Positions 23,968 through 32,000 of a stretch of DNA of 32,000 nt are shown here, piece by piece (within the stretch, counting starts at the first letter, position 1; every line of letters starts with the position of its first letter). The notes under the pieces were generated by a model. That model made no database searches. It was not told where the DNA came from and saw only the letters and a list, made by a program, of their open reading frames with translations. Source of the stretch: Geotalea uraniireducens Rf4 (GTDB lineage Bacteria > Desulfobacterota > Desulfuromonadia > Geobacterales > Geobacteraceae). Location: positions 720,001 through 752,000 of the forward strand of contig NC_009483.1 in assembly GCF_000016745.1 (NCBI RefSeq), written 5' to 3'. The position numbers and the translations under genes are program-made.

Positions 23968-23996
23968 ACCATAGCAAAGGTTGCCCGAGGTGTCAA
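23968..23996 (-). promoter_or_regulatory. Sigma70-type promoter of the ilvB leader
   Basis: On the minus strand: TTGACA (23996-23991), a 17-nt spacer, then TATGGT (23973-23968). The SD of the leader peptide begins about 9 nt downstream of the -10 box. Confidence 0.55.
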
Positions 23997-24125
23997 GAGC
24001 TCTGCCGGCACGTGGTAAAAATATGGATTTTCCCTTGTGACAAGAGATTATTACCGGGAAATGAGTGGAAACGGGGGGGCAGTGTCAATGCATGGTTGCC
24101 GGAACAGGAATTCTTGAAAGAGGCC

Positions 24126-24154
24126 GAAAAAAGGCGGGGCACAAGGCCCCGCCT
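24126..24154 (-). terminator. Rho-independent terminator of the lipoprotein gene
   Basis: On the minus strand: AGGCGGGGC-cttgt-GCCCCGCCT followed by TTTTTCGG, 31 nt after the stop at 24186. Confidence 0.8.
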
Positions 24155-24185
24155 GGAAACAACTCATAACTTTTGATGACAGTTG

Positions 24186-25904
24186 TTACCAAATAACCGT
24201 ATCAAGTTGTCTGCCGTAGCTATCCCACGCCCCCAGCCAGAGCCATCCCTGTGTTATGGTAAAGGCTTGCCCGGTGCTTGTTACCGGGTTCAGCGTAAAG
24301 GATTTGCTGGTATCCGTCGGCAAGAGTGACGCTTCAAACATGGCAGAGTTGCCGGCGTTATCAGCTATCTGGGCAGACAGCCAGTCATTGGTGAGTCCGG
24401 TCGGCAAGGTCCAACTGACAGTAGTGTTCCCGCCGGTAAAAGCACGCACCTGGGCCACTGTTGGCGAGGTGATGGTCGGGAAGTTGGCGGTAGTCAATTC
24501 AGATTTCAGGTACGGCCGCTTCTTGAGCTTTTCGGTGTAAGTGGCTGCCAATGTGGTGCCGATATACAGTTTAATGGTGTAGCTTTCCTCTGTATCAGCT
24601 ATTGCACCAATGGCCGTATCGGTCATGGAGTAAAGATTCCCGCCATTTTGCCCCTGAATTTCAAAGTAGTGGTACGCAATGTTATTAATTATCGTGACAC
24701 CGGTAGAGGGAAGGCCGGCTCCGGTCACCACTGCCGACGTAATACCCTTGCCGCCACGGTCTTCAATATTAAGACGCAAGCCGGTAACAATCGGGGTCAC
24801 AGTATCAGATACACGATATTCCGCCACGGGCTCGACATTGACATTGGCGATGTACTGGTCCCCCTGCATATACCATTTCCCATCTGTCTTTTTGATCATG
24901 TGGAATGGTTTCGGCCCGTCATTGACTACCTTGCCGTTCTGCATCACATCAATCGCAACCACGGCATTACCGTTCGCATCCATCGATTGGATGGAGATAT
25001 TGGCAAACGAGATCCCGATCATGCTTTTATCGGTCGTTATCTCAGTGAGGAAAGCGGCTAGTGTCTGTCCCTCTAGCATGAAAGTGGCGCTATCAAAAAG
25101 AGCCAGCAGGGTCGGGTTGGTGTCACTGGGAAGGCTGGTGGCAAAAAGATTGGAGAAGGTCTTGAATCCCGCACTGATCAACTGGATGTCTGTGGCAGCG
25201 GTTGCAACACCGGTCGTGTCAGTAATGGCGCCCGTATAGGTTCCCGTAGTGATATTCGAGGTCATCTGCTGCTGGGTGATGATATTTGTAATGGTTGCAA
25301 CACCTGTGGTTGTATCTGTTGTTACCTTGAGCACGTCCAGAGCCGCATCAAGACCGGTGTGGTCGGTGCTGAACGATGCCCGCAGCAGGTCGATCGAGCT
25401 GCTGACACCCACTGCCTGCAGGACAGGAAGAAGCTTGGCTTTCAGGGCGTCTGACTGTGCCGTCAGTTGTGTAGCGGTAAGGTTTGAGAAATTGCCGCTG
25501 TCAAAATAGGTCTTGGCAATCGACCCGGCAATGTTCGACACGATCAGGTCGGTGAGCGGGGTGACATTGATCTTGCCTCCCACGTCCGCCGATGTGCCGG
25601 CCGAGTACAGGTGATACTCGTTGCCGCCGACATAGCCGTCAGCCCGCACCATGTAAGGGGCCTTCAATCCGGTGACATCCACCGTGTACTTCCCGTCGGC
25701 TGCGATGGGAACAGTTTTTGTCTGGGCGGTAGGTGTTGTGCTGTCTTTGATGGTAACGCTGCCGATAATAGGCGCCCCTGCCGCCGCTACCCCCGATATC
25801 GTCGTGGCTGCACCTCCGCCTCCACTCCCTCCACAGGCCGCAAGGACCACGGCCGTCACCGCGCCGAACATCACCAGCTTGATACTATTCCATAATTGTC
25901 TCAT
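24186..25904 (-). CDS. Large secreted lipoprotein of unknown function (Thr/Gly/Ala-rich)
   Basis: ATG at 25904 follows AAGGAGGAG. The signal peptide has a lipobox (MRQLWNSIKLVMFGAVTAVVLAAC|GGSGGGG). The 572-aa protein was not assigned to any family. Confidence 0.8.
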   Translation of the reverse strand: MRQLWNSIKLVMFGAVTAVVLAACGGSGGGGAATTISGVAAAGAPIIGSVTIKDSTTPTAQTKTVPIAADGKYTVDVTGLKAPYMVRADGYVGGNEYHLYSAGTSADVGGKINVTPLTDLIVSNIAGSIAKTYFDSGNFSNLTATQLTAQSDALKAKLLPVLQAVGVSSSIDLLRASFSTDHTGLDAALDVLKVTTDTTTGVATITNIITQQQMTSNITTGTYTGAITDTTGVATAATDIQLISAGFKTFSNLFATSLPSDTNPTLLALFDSATFMLEGQTLAAFLTEITTDKSMIGISFANISIQSMDANGNAVVAIDVMQNGKVVNDGPKPFHMIKKTDGKWYMQGDQYIANVNVEPVAEYRVSDTVTPIVTGLRLNIEDRGGKGITSAVVTGAGLPSTGVTIINNIAYHYFEIQGQNGGNLYSMTDTAIGAIADTEESYTIKLYIGTTLAATYTEKLKKRPYLKSELTTANFPTITSPTVAQVRAFTGGNTTVSWTLPTGLTNDWLSAQIADNAGNSAMFEASLLPTDTSKSFTLNPVTSTGQAFTITQGWLWLGAWDSYGRQLDTVIW

Positions 25905-26241
25905 GTTTGTCTCCTCCTTGTCCTGTACGTTGAATGCCTGGAACATACCATTTCAGATGTTTCTGCAAACGCTCCCCCCTTTCTCTTTGAATCTTCGCTA
26001 ATTCCCGTGCTCAAACCTTGACTGCTTTCATCACTGTCCATCCCTGAACGGAAATCCGGCACCCATTGATCGAGGCTCCTTTCGGGGGATCCCAATTCAT
26101 TAATGCTGCATCTTAATAACGGACCGCTTGTTATGAAAAGTCGACCATCTGTCAACCAACGTGATTTTTATGCTATTATTGTCGACTTTTTTGTAAACTA
26201 TTGTGATATTGTCGTTTCATTTTCATTATAAGGATTGCCAT

Positions 26242-27525
26242 ATGGTCGCAAATTCATATCTAGCAATTCTGCGATTCTCCATATTTATCCTCTGGCTTCT
26301 CGCCTTTCCCATGAACGGCTTCCTCCTGGGGAAAACCGGCCCTGAACATCCCTTCCTGTTTTTTGTCATCCCCCATGCACTTGCCCTTTTCGCCATAAGA
26401 TTTCTCATTAACAACCGGTTCTTCCCGGTGGTCGTGAACGTCGCGATCGGCACCGTCGTCGCCGGTACAGCGCTCTTTCCCTATGCCGGCAATCGGGCTC
26501 TGCCCCTGCTCGCGCTACTCGGGGTTGCCGCAGCGGGTCTGTTGGTCAAGTCAATAGGGGATATGGGCCTTGTCGCCAACCCGCCCCTGGCCGGAGCCAT
26601 CTGCATGGCCGGTGGAAATCTGGCACTGCTGCTACTCATGAAATTACCGTTGACGCCGCAGGCCATCCACCTCTTGCTGGCGCTGTTGCTCCTCGTCCCT
26701 CTTTTTTCACCGACTCCCCGCTGCGGAGCGGAGGAAAAGGATTCATTTGTCGGGTATCTGCCGTTCCTGTTCGTGTATCAGCTGGTGAGCGGCGTCATGT
26801 ACGGCTCTCTCATGGCCACATACAACCGGTACGCCTTCCTTGACGGAATAGAGCTTCTCTTCTATGCGGGGACTGCATTTATCGGTGCGTATCTGGTACG
26901 CAAGGGAAAGGATGCACTTCTGGTGCTCGGTATCCTGGGGGGAATGCTCTCCTTTCCCCTGCTCCAGATCAGGGGGGGACTCTCCGTCAACCTGAGCATG
27001 TTCGCGTTTCAGAGTTCAGCGGGCTTCATCGATCTCTTTATCCTCGTTCTTCTGTTCACCCGCACCGACACTCTTCGTGCTGCCGGCCCGGTCTTCGGGA
27101 CTGTCTGTGCCGGGATTGCCGGTGGATACATCATATCCGACGCCATTGGCGGAGAGGGAAGCCTGGTCGTCGGTTCGGCAAATCTGATACTTACGATCGC
27201 CGTCTTTATCTTCGTTTTCTTTGTCCGGAAGAGGGGAACGGAAAGGGAGGTTCGTCCCGAGCCGGAAGAAAGCCGGCAGCGACCTGCCGGCATCAACCTC
27301 TCTCCGGCCCTCAAAAAGCGTCTGTCGGGACAGGAACAGGCGGTCCTCTACTGCGTGCTCCGGAAAATGACATTCCGTGAAACGGCAGAGGACCTCTCCC
27401 TTTCTGAATCTTCCGTCAAGACCTACATGAAAAGGATCTATGAAAAGACGGGGGTTACCGGTAAAGAAGAGCTTTTCACCGTGCTTGCCAACGGGGGGAG
27501 TGGCACTGGCAACAAGGATGAATAA
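26242..27525 (+). CDS. Polytopic membrane protein with a C-terminal LuxR/FixJ-type HTH
   Basis: About 330 aa of repeated hydrophobic segments (about 10 predicted TM helices by eye), then SGQEQAVLYCVLRKMTFRETAEDLSLSESSVKTYMKRIYEKTGV (GerE/LuxR HTH). ATG at 26242 (after AAGGA) is preferred over the listed GTG at 26203. Confidence 0.83.
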   Translation: MVANSYLAILRFSIFILWLLAFPMNGFLLGKTGPEHPFLFFVIPHALALFAIRFLINNRFFPVVVNVAIGTVVAGTALFPYAGNRALPLLALLGVAAAGLLVKSIGDMGLVANPPLAGAICMAGGNLALLLLMKLPLTPQAIHLLLALLLLVPLFSPTPRCGAEEKDSFVGYLPFLFVYQLVSGVMYGSLMATYNRYAFLDGIELLFYAGTAFIGAYLVRKGKDALLVLGILGGMLSFPLLQIRGGLSVNLSMFAFQSSAGFIDLFILVLLFTRTDTLRAAGPVFGTVCAGIAGGYIISDAIGGEGSLVVGSANLILTIAVFIFVFFVRKRGTEREVRPEPEESRQRPAGINLSPALKKRLSGQEQAVLYCVLRKMTFRETAEDLSLSESSVKTYMKRIYEKTGVTGKEELFTVLANGGSGTGNKDE

Positions 27526-27555
27526 AGGGGTGGGTGCGGAATTGCATTGAAGAAG

Positions 27556-27581
27556 AAGGGGAACCCGGCCGGGCTCCCCTT
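27556..27581. terminator. Shared hairpin between convergent genes (weak U-tracts on both strands)
   Basis: AAGGGGA-a-CCCGG/CCGGG-c-TCCCCTT is nearly perfectly self-complementary over 26 nt. It is followed by CCGACGTTT on the plus strand and CTTCTTC on the minus strand. Confidence 0.45.
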
Positions 27582-27652
27582 CCGACGTTTGAACAGGGTT
27601 GATCAGATTGTCGTGAAGTCGACCGTTCTACTTGCTTGCGTCAGCAGACTCG

Positions 27653-28099
27653 TTAAAATCCCGGCCCCTTCATTCGTGTAACATTCGGTTTCCCGACTTC
27701 TCCCGTGTAGAAGACCACCAGCCTGGCGGTCTGGGTGCCGTTGTTGCGGCCGTTGTGGGGGGTGTTCCTTACTTCGAAGATGGCTTCCCCTTCCTTGAAT
27801 TCATATTTCTTTCCCCCTTCCATCTCCACGGTGATGCTCCCTGCGAGCATATAGGCGTAAACCGGCACGGCATGCGTGTGCCAGCCGGTTTCAGCGCCGG
27901 GAGGAATCTCGACGATCATCGCCGTGACCTCCGGATTGTCGGTCTTGAGATAGCTCAACTTCTGGCCGTTGGAAGCGGTGGCTGATGTGAGAATCCTGGT
28001 GGCCTTGACCCCCTGATAGTCGTCGGCATGGGCTATTGCCCCGAATGCGCCCGCTGTGAGCATGCAAAGTGCCGCTAAAGCCAGTCTTGCGTTTTTCAT
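27653..28099 (-). CDS. Secreted cupin-domain protein
   Basis: ATG at 28099 follows GGAGG. The signal peptide is MKNARLALAALCMLTAGAFGAIAHA. The cupin motifs are PGAETGWHTHAVPVYAYMLAG...GEAIFEV.NTPHNG.N. Confidence 0.85.
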   Translation of the reverse strand: MKNARLALAALCMLTAGAFGAIAHADDYQGVKATRILTSATASNGQKLSYLKTDNPEVTAMIVEIPPGAETGWHTHAVPVYAYMLAGSITVEMEGGKKYEFKEGEAIFEVRNTPHNGRNNGTQTARLVVFYTGEVGKPNVTRMKGPGF

Positions 28100-28172
28100 G
28101 TTCGGCCTCCTTAAAGTCAGGCTACGGTTCAATGTGCAGCACCCTCTCTGCTGGCGTCGGCGTGGGCGGATT

Positions 28173-29021
28173 TCAATGCAGGGCGGTTTTCTTGATAATG
28201 CCACCGGCTGCATCTGCCAACGGGTGAATTACAATAAATGCCGCTCCGTCAATCTCATTGATAACGTTCTTGACCCTGCCGATTTCCAACCTGGTAACGA
28301 CACAGTAGAGTATACGCATCGGCTTGCCGGTCATTCCGCCGCGGCCATTGTAGATCGTCACGCCACGACTCAGGACACGTACGATAGCTTCCCTGATTTC
28401 ATCACTCTTTTCGGACATGATGATAATGGCGTTGTATTCCTCGATGCCGTGGATCAGAAAATCGATTGTTTTCGATGCCGCAAAGTATGTCAGGACCGAA
28501 TAGAGCGCCGAATCGATGCCGAGAAAAATGGCGGCAGCGGAAAAGATGAAAATATTCAGGATGAGGATAACATCGCCGACTTTCAGCAGATGACTACCCT
28601 TGCTGACCAGCAACGCTGCTATTTCAGTACCGTCAAGAACAGCGCCACCGCGAATTGCAAGGCCAATCCCGGCACCGATAAAAAAACCGCCGAAAACGGC
28701 TGTCAAAAGCTTGTCAGGGGTTACATACGGATAGTTGACAAAGGCAAGACATACGGATAACCCCGCAATCGCAAGTGCGCTTTTCAATGCGAACACCCCG
28801 CCAATCTGGCGATAGCCCAGCGCGATGAACGGAAGATTGATAAGCAGGATAAGGATCGACAACGGATAGCCAAGCACATTGGCCAGCAACATGGAAATGC
28901 CGGTTACGCCGCCATCTATGAAGTGGCTCGACAGCAAAAACCCTTTAATGCCCATCCCCGCCGAAAGAATTCCCAATACAATCAGAAGGAAATTTATTGA
29001 TTCCCGAATAAACGTTTTCAT
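28173..29021 (-). CDS. YitT-family membrane protein (DUF2179 C-terminal domain)
   Basis: The five or six TM N-terminal part has GGVTGIS and GGFFIGAGIGL motifs. The soluble C-terminus (...GVTIYNGRGGMTGKPMRILYCVVTRLEI..VKNVI.EID..AFI) is typical of DUF2179. Confidence 0.87.
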   Translation of the reverse strand: MKTFIRESINFLLIVLGILSAGMGIKGFLLSSHFIDGGVTGISMLLANVLGYPLSILILLINLPFIALGYRQIGGVFALKSALAIAGLSVCLAFVNYPYVTPDKLLTAVFGGFFIGAGIGLAIRGGAVLDGTEIAALLVSKGSHLLKVGDVILILNIFIFSAAAIFLGIDSALYSVLTYFAASKTIDFLIHGIEEYNAIIIMSEKSDEIREAIVRVLSRGVTIYNGRGGMTGKPMRILYCVVTRLEIGRVKNVINEIDGAAFIVIHPLADAAGGIIKKTALH

Positions 29022-29028
29022 GGATTGT

Positions 29029-29529
29029 TCATCGGGCAGTTTCTTTGATTTCCTGGCCCGGACTTACAAAAGAAATGCCCTGCCCGGATTTCATGCCGAT
29101 CATCACACTTTCAATGATGGGAACGTTCACCTCTTTTTGCGAATTCCATTTGACGATAAAATTTGCACCAGTCCCGCCCGTTGTATCTTCTTCAGGGATG
29201 AAAATATCCGTTGACTCCAAAGGGGCCAAGGTTATTGACTTCTGGTAATATTTTCTCACTAATTTTCCCTTGGTATCATAGTAATCTGCGGCAATGATGT
29301 TGATAGGATTTGACATGTCTGTATTGCGAATACTTAAGATTGTCGCCAAATTAAACGGAACTTTTTTGGGAGCGCTGAAAATGTTCGAATAGACGGGCAC
29401 ATAAAGGGTCTGTCCTTTTGAAAGCCTGTATTCCGATGATGCGAAGGCGATTTGGCAAAAAGACGAAAGCAGGATAAGCCAAAGTAAACCCATGAGGAGT
29501 CGCCTTTTGTGCAGAACGCGGTGTATCAT
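29029..29529 (-). CDS. DUF3124-family secreted protein
   Basis: ATG at 29529 follows AGGAGG. After a signal-like N-terminus come GQTLYVPVYSNIF, LSIRNTD, YYDTKGKLV, GGTGANFIVKW and ESVMIG...GQGISF. The stop lies 7 nt before the YitT start. Confidence 0.78.
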   Translation of the reverse strand: MIHRVLHKRRLLMGLLWLILLSSFCQIAFASSEYRLSKGQTLYVPVYSNIFSAPKKVPFNLATILSIRNTDMSNPINIIAADYYDTKGKLVRKYYQKSITLAPLESTDIFIPEEDTTGGTGANFIVKWNSQKEVNVPIIESVMIGMKSGQGISFVSPGQEIKETAR

Positions 29530-29600
29530 AAGAACCTCCTGGCATTGATTATATGTGTATCCATGCGCTGGATAGCGATTGATGAAGCGCAATCCCTCTC

Positions 29601-30401
29601 CTACAGATACGTTTCAGGCTCCTTCCGATGACTACAGTTAACGGTCAACTGCTCTGCCGCCTGCTTGATACGTGGGTCATCCATTGATTTTGCACCGGCT
29701 GGACAGCATTTGACGCATGCGCAGCACCGGATACACGAACTTTTATCTGTCAATGTGGGGGCATCCGCATGTATCGCAGCGGTGGGGCAAACCGATGTGC
29801 ACTTCTTGCACCTTGTGCATAGCATCTCTTGTGTAACGGATGAGATATCCGATAGCATCCGTAGTTCCTTAAAAGGGAAGTTCCCAGGGACCTGGAGCGG
29901 GATCAACTCCTCAAGTGCCCGGATGTTTATTATCTTCTCACGGATCATTTTCCCGAATGTCTTTGCTTTCCCGAGGTCTTCCACGTCAGGCCGTCCGACG
30001 GCGATAGGTGTGCAGTTGGTGGAAAAGGAATGTTCACCAATAAATGCTCCGGCGGCAATGGGGTTGAACCCTGCTTCCTGGGCAACATCCCTTAATTCGA
30101 GGAGCGCGTCTTCATAAGCTCTATTCCCGTACACGACGACGATAACCGCTGGTGCACCATTTCCCTTAAGTTTTCGCAGCCTGGAAACCGCAACTGCGGG
30201 GAGCCGCCCGCTGTACACCGGAGATCCGATGATGGCCAAATCTTCATACCCTCTTTGGGGCTTCTCTATTTCTGCATCATGGGTGGTCAAATCAAGGGCT
30301 TCGACGTCGACAACCTGAAGTCCTTGCGAAATGCCTTCTACGACCTTCCTTGTCGTTTGAGTCGGCGAAAAGTAGATCAGTTTTGCTGAGTTAATATTCA
30401 T
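29601..30401 (-). CDS. Flavodoxin-like domain fused to a 2x[4Fe-4S] ferredoxin domain (EFR1-like)
   Basis: The N-terminus KLIYFSPTQTTRKVVE...IIGSPVYSGRLP is flavodoxin-like. The C-terminus has CTRCKKCTSVCP and CIRCCACVKCCP. I chose the start at ATG 30401. Confidence 0.78.
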   Translation of the reverse strand: MNINSAKLIYFSPTQTTRKVVEGISQGLQVVDVEALDLTTHDAEIEKPQRGYEDLAIIGSPVYSGRLPAVAVSRLRKLKGNGAPAVIVVVYGNRAYEDALLELRDVAQEAGFNPIAAGAFIGEHSFSTNCTPIAVGRPDVEDLGKAKTFGKMIREKIINIRALEELIPLQVPGNFPFKELRMLSDISSVTQEMLCTRCKKCTSVCPTAAIHADAPTLTDKSSCIRCCACVKCCPAGAKSMDDPRIKQAAEQLTVNCSHRKEPETYL

Positions 30402-30484
30402 TTTGCCCCCCGTCCTCATCAATTCATTTCTTTTATTTTTCATGTTTTCGGCTAACAACCTATCCGTGTGCGGCGTAAACAAAA

Positions 30485-30916
30485 TCAACTTTGTGAACGG
30501 TCTTCCACGCGTAATTCCAACACTATGCGCCCCCATCCACCGCACTGAAGCCCTACATCAAAGCAACTGGCCCGCTTGAACCTGATCTCATTGGGGTCAA
30601 CACCTGCATAGATCATCTCGTTGGCCGTAAAGACCATCATGAAAGCAGAATTCAACGAATAAGCGCATACTTTCTTCGGACATAGTTCCGTGAGTAGATT
30701 GCCCGCCCCATCAAAGTAGAACTTATCGCCAACCTTGTGACGACTATTACAGCCATGTGATTCGACTACCTCAAGAATGATGGTCTTGTTCATCAAGGTG
30801 GCATTTTTAGTCAGGACATCTTCATTTCTCGGATTCTCCCTGAACTTTTTCATTTCTTCATCCGTGTAACCCAAATGCTTTTGGATTATTTTCCACATGC
30901 GTTCATCAATCGCCAT
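30485..30916 (-). CDS. Small Cys-containing protein, TIGR04076-like
   Basis: ATG at 30916 follows AAAGGAG. The core HGCNSRHKVGDKFYFDGAGNLL.ELCPKKVCAYSL...C.D...QCGGWG.IV resembles my recollection of TIGR04076, but the family assignment is tentative. Confidence 0.55.
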   Translation of the reverse strand: MAIDERMWKIIQKHLGYTDEEMKKFRENPRNEDVLTKNATLMNKTIILEVVESHGCNSRHKVGDKFYFDGAGNLLTELCPKKVCAYSLNSAFMMVFTANEMIYAGVDPNEIRFKRASCFDVGLQCGGWGRIVLELRVEDRSQS

Positions 30917-31015
30917 GTTTAGACTCCTTTTACTATAAAGAAAAAAGGGACACTTCTGCGTGAGCATGTGGAGCACGTCCCGCGCGTGCACGACCTGCGG
31001 CCGATGGTTCGGAAT

Positions 31016-31822
31016 TTACTCCTTAACGGCAACTGCTTTGAAAAACGTGTAACAGAAAACGCCATCCGGTTCTGTTGTCCTGTAAAGTTCTTCGATGCCT
31101 TTGTCGAAGGTGTTCTGATCGGTTAATCCCGCTGCGAGTGCAGATTCACGTACACCCTCAATCATGGCGGTAAAAGTCTTTATGGTGAAGCCATCAACGA
31201 GTTCAGGTCTGCCGGCATCAACATAAACCATTCGCGGAGAAACATGAATTGCTCCGTAGCCGGCTTCGTTCAGAAGTGGATACAGTTCTCTGCCTATATT
31301 GGCATTCCCGCCGGCTCTCTTTTGCAGCTCAACCTGGCAGCTGATAACCTTATGAGCCGATTCACCGTCCGGGAAGAAATATGTTGAACCGTGATCGCCT
31401 TCAATCACGGTTATTGTTCCGCCAATCTTCAGATATTTTTTCAGAATGTTTAACGCTTTAACCGGATGGGGCAAATGTTCGAGAACGAAACAGACAAAAA
31501 TATGGTCAAAGGAATTTGTCTCGAAGGGCAAATGGAAAATGTCACCTTGCTGGAACATGACGTTTGTTATCCCCGCGGCCTCGGTATTCAACCTGGCCGT
31601 GACCACAGAGTTTTCAGATATATCGACAGAAGTGATCAGTGCTTCCGGGCTGTTCCTGGCAAGAGTTACTGTTTGTGCGCCAACTCCACAACCTGCTTCC
31701 AAAACCTTGCTTCCGGCAGGATAAACAGTGTCGGAGTGCAATAACTCAACCAGTGTCGACGCTTGGTCCTGAAGGCGAATGTTCTCTCTTAAATCGTAGC
31801 CGTGAACGTATGTGTTATTCAT
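31016..31822 (-). CDS. Class I SAM-dependent methyltransferase
   Basis: Motif I is VLEAGCGVGAQT, post-I is SVDIS and motif II is FDHIFVCFVLEHL. This is a Methyltransf_11/25-type fold; the substrate is unknown. Confidence 0.9.
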   Translation of the reverse strand: MNNTYVHGYDLRENIRLQDQASTLVELLHSDTVYPAGSKVLEAGCGVGAQTVTLARNSPEALITSVDISENSVVTARLNTEAAGITNVMFQQGDIFHLPFETNSFDHIFVCFVLEHLPHPVKALNILKKYLKIGGTITVIEGDHGSTYFFPDGESAHKVISCQVELQKRAGGNANIGRELYPLLNEAGYGAIHVSPRMVYVDAGRPELVDGFTIKTFTAMIEGVRESALAAGLTDQNTFDKGIEELYRTTEPDGVFCYTFFKAVAVKE

Positions 31823-31837
31823 TCATTGTTTCCTTTT

Positions 31838-32000
31838 TTACGCCGTTGTTCTGTGCCGTTTTTTGTAAAATGCCAGGAACTCGCTGGGAGAAAAAACCGT
31901 CACGCCCTGGCACAGTTCCGATGGAAAATGAACCTGGTTTCCTGTGATGAGACATTCAACTTGAGCGGCTATAGCCACTTCCAGGAATGCTTCATCATCA
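31838..32000 (-). CDS. 3' part of a PIN-domain (TIGR00305-like) putative toxin gene; the 5' end lies outside the window
   Basis: Not in the ORF track (no Met inside the window). Minus-strand frame reads DDEAFLEVAIAAQVECLITGNQVHFPSELCQGVTVFSPSEFLAFYKKRHRTTA* with TAA at 31840-31838. The ...A.A...D.L+TGN..HF........+.V..P.EFL pattern is typical of the C-terminus of PIN toxins. Confidence 0.5.
   Translation of the reverse strand, partial: DDEAFLEVAIAAQVECLITGNQVHFPSELCQGVTVFSPSEFLAFYKKRHRTTA

Noticed and set aside
28056-28760. 234-aa plus-strand ORF opposite the YitT gene.
   Set aside because: The minus-strand YitT-family reading has clear TM and DUF2179 features. The plus-strand product is not protein-like.

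Overview
High-GC bacterial chromosomal segment. Its gene content looks like Desulfuromonadales/Geobacter, but that is inference and cannot be verified here. Housekeeping blocks alternate with visibly AT-richer accessory stretches.

Gene order:
- An SNF2-family helicase (376-3072).
- An AT-rich islet (3073-7559). It holds an AAA+/DUF4143 ATPase, a possibly frameshifted small ORF, hicAB, and three or four small cassette-like genes. These small genes are separated by a recurring imperfect-palindromic repeat that resembles attC.
- A SWIM zinc-finger protein with a C-terminal XRE HTH.
- A fused pabB-pabC gene, a TIGR02757 gene and a PNPOx-like gene.
- An 11-copy GATCGAG heptamer array sitting in the loop of a 17-bp hairpin.
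- dtd, a macro-domain gene and an MCP gene.
- A TumE/TumA-like toxin-antitoxin pair.
- An anaerobic CO-dehydrogenase cluster on the minus strand: PAS-LytTR (RcoM-like) regulator, cooS, cooC, cooF and an FAD/NAD(P) oxidoreductase.
- An orphan acetolactate synthase large subunit. It is preceded by a clear promoter, a Val-rich leader peptide and terminators.
- A large lipoprotein gene divergent from a polytopic membrane LuxR-type regulator.
- An AT-richer minus-strand cluster: cupin, YitT, DUF3124, flavodoxin/4Fe-4S fusion, Cys-rich TIGR04076-like protein, SAM methyltransferase and a partial PIN gene.

Most notable non-coding observations:
- Two about 92%-identical copies of a 168-bp hairpin (MITE-like) element bracket cooS-cooC.
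- At least three other unrelated long palindromic elements are present.
- The attC-like repeat family, the heptamer array and the ilv leader are described above.

No rRNA, tRNA, CRISPR array, integrase or transposase gene was found in the window. I could not identify a clearly novel multi-gene system. The candidates are listed as findings with explicit tests.
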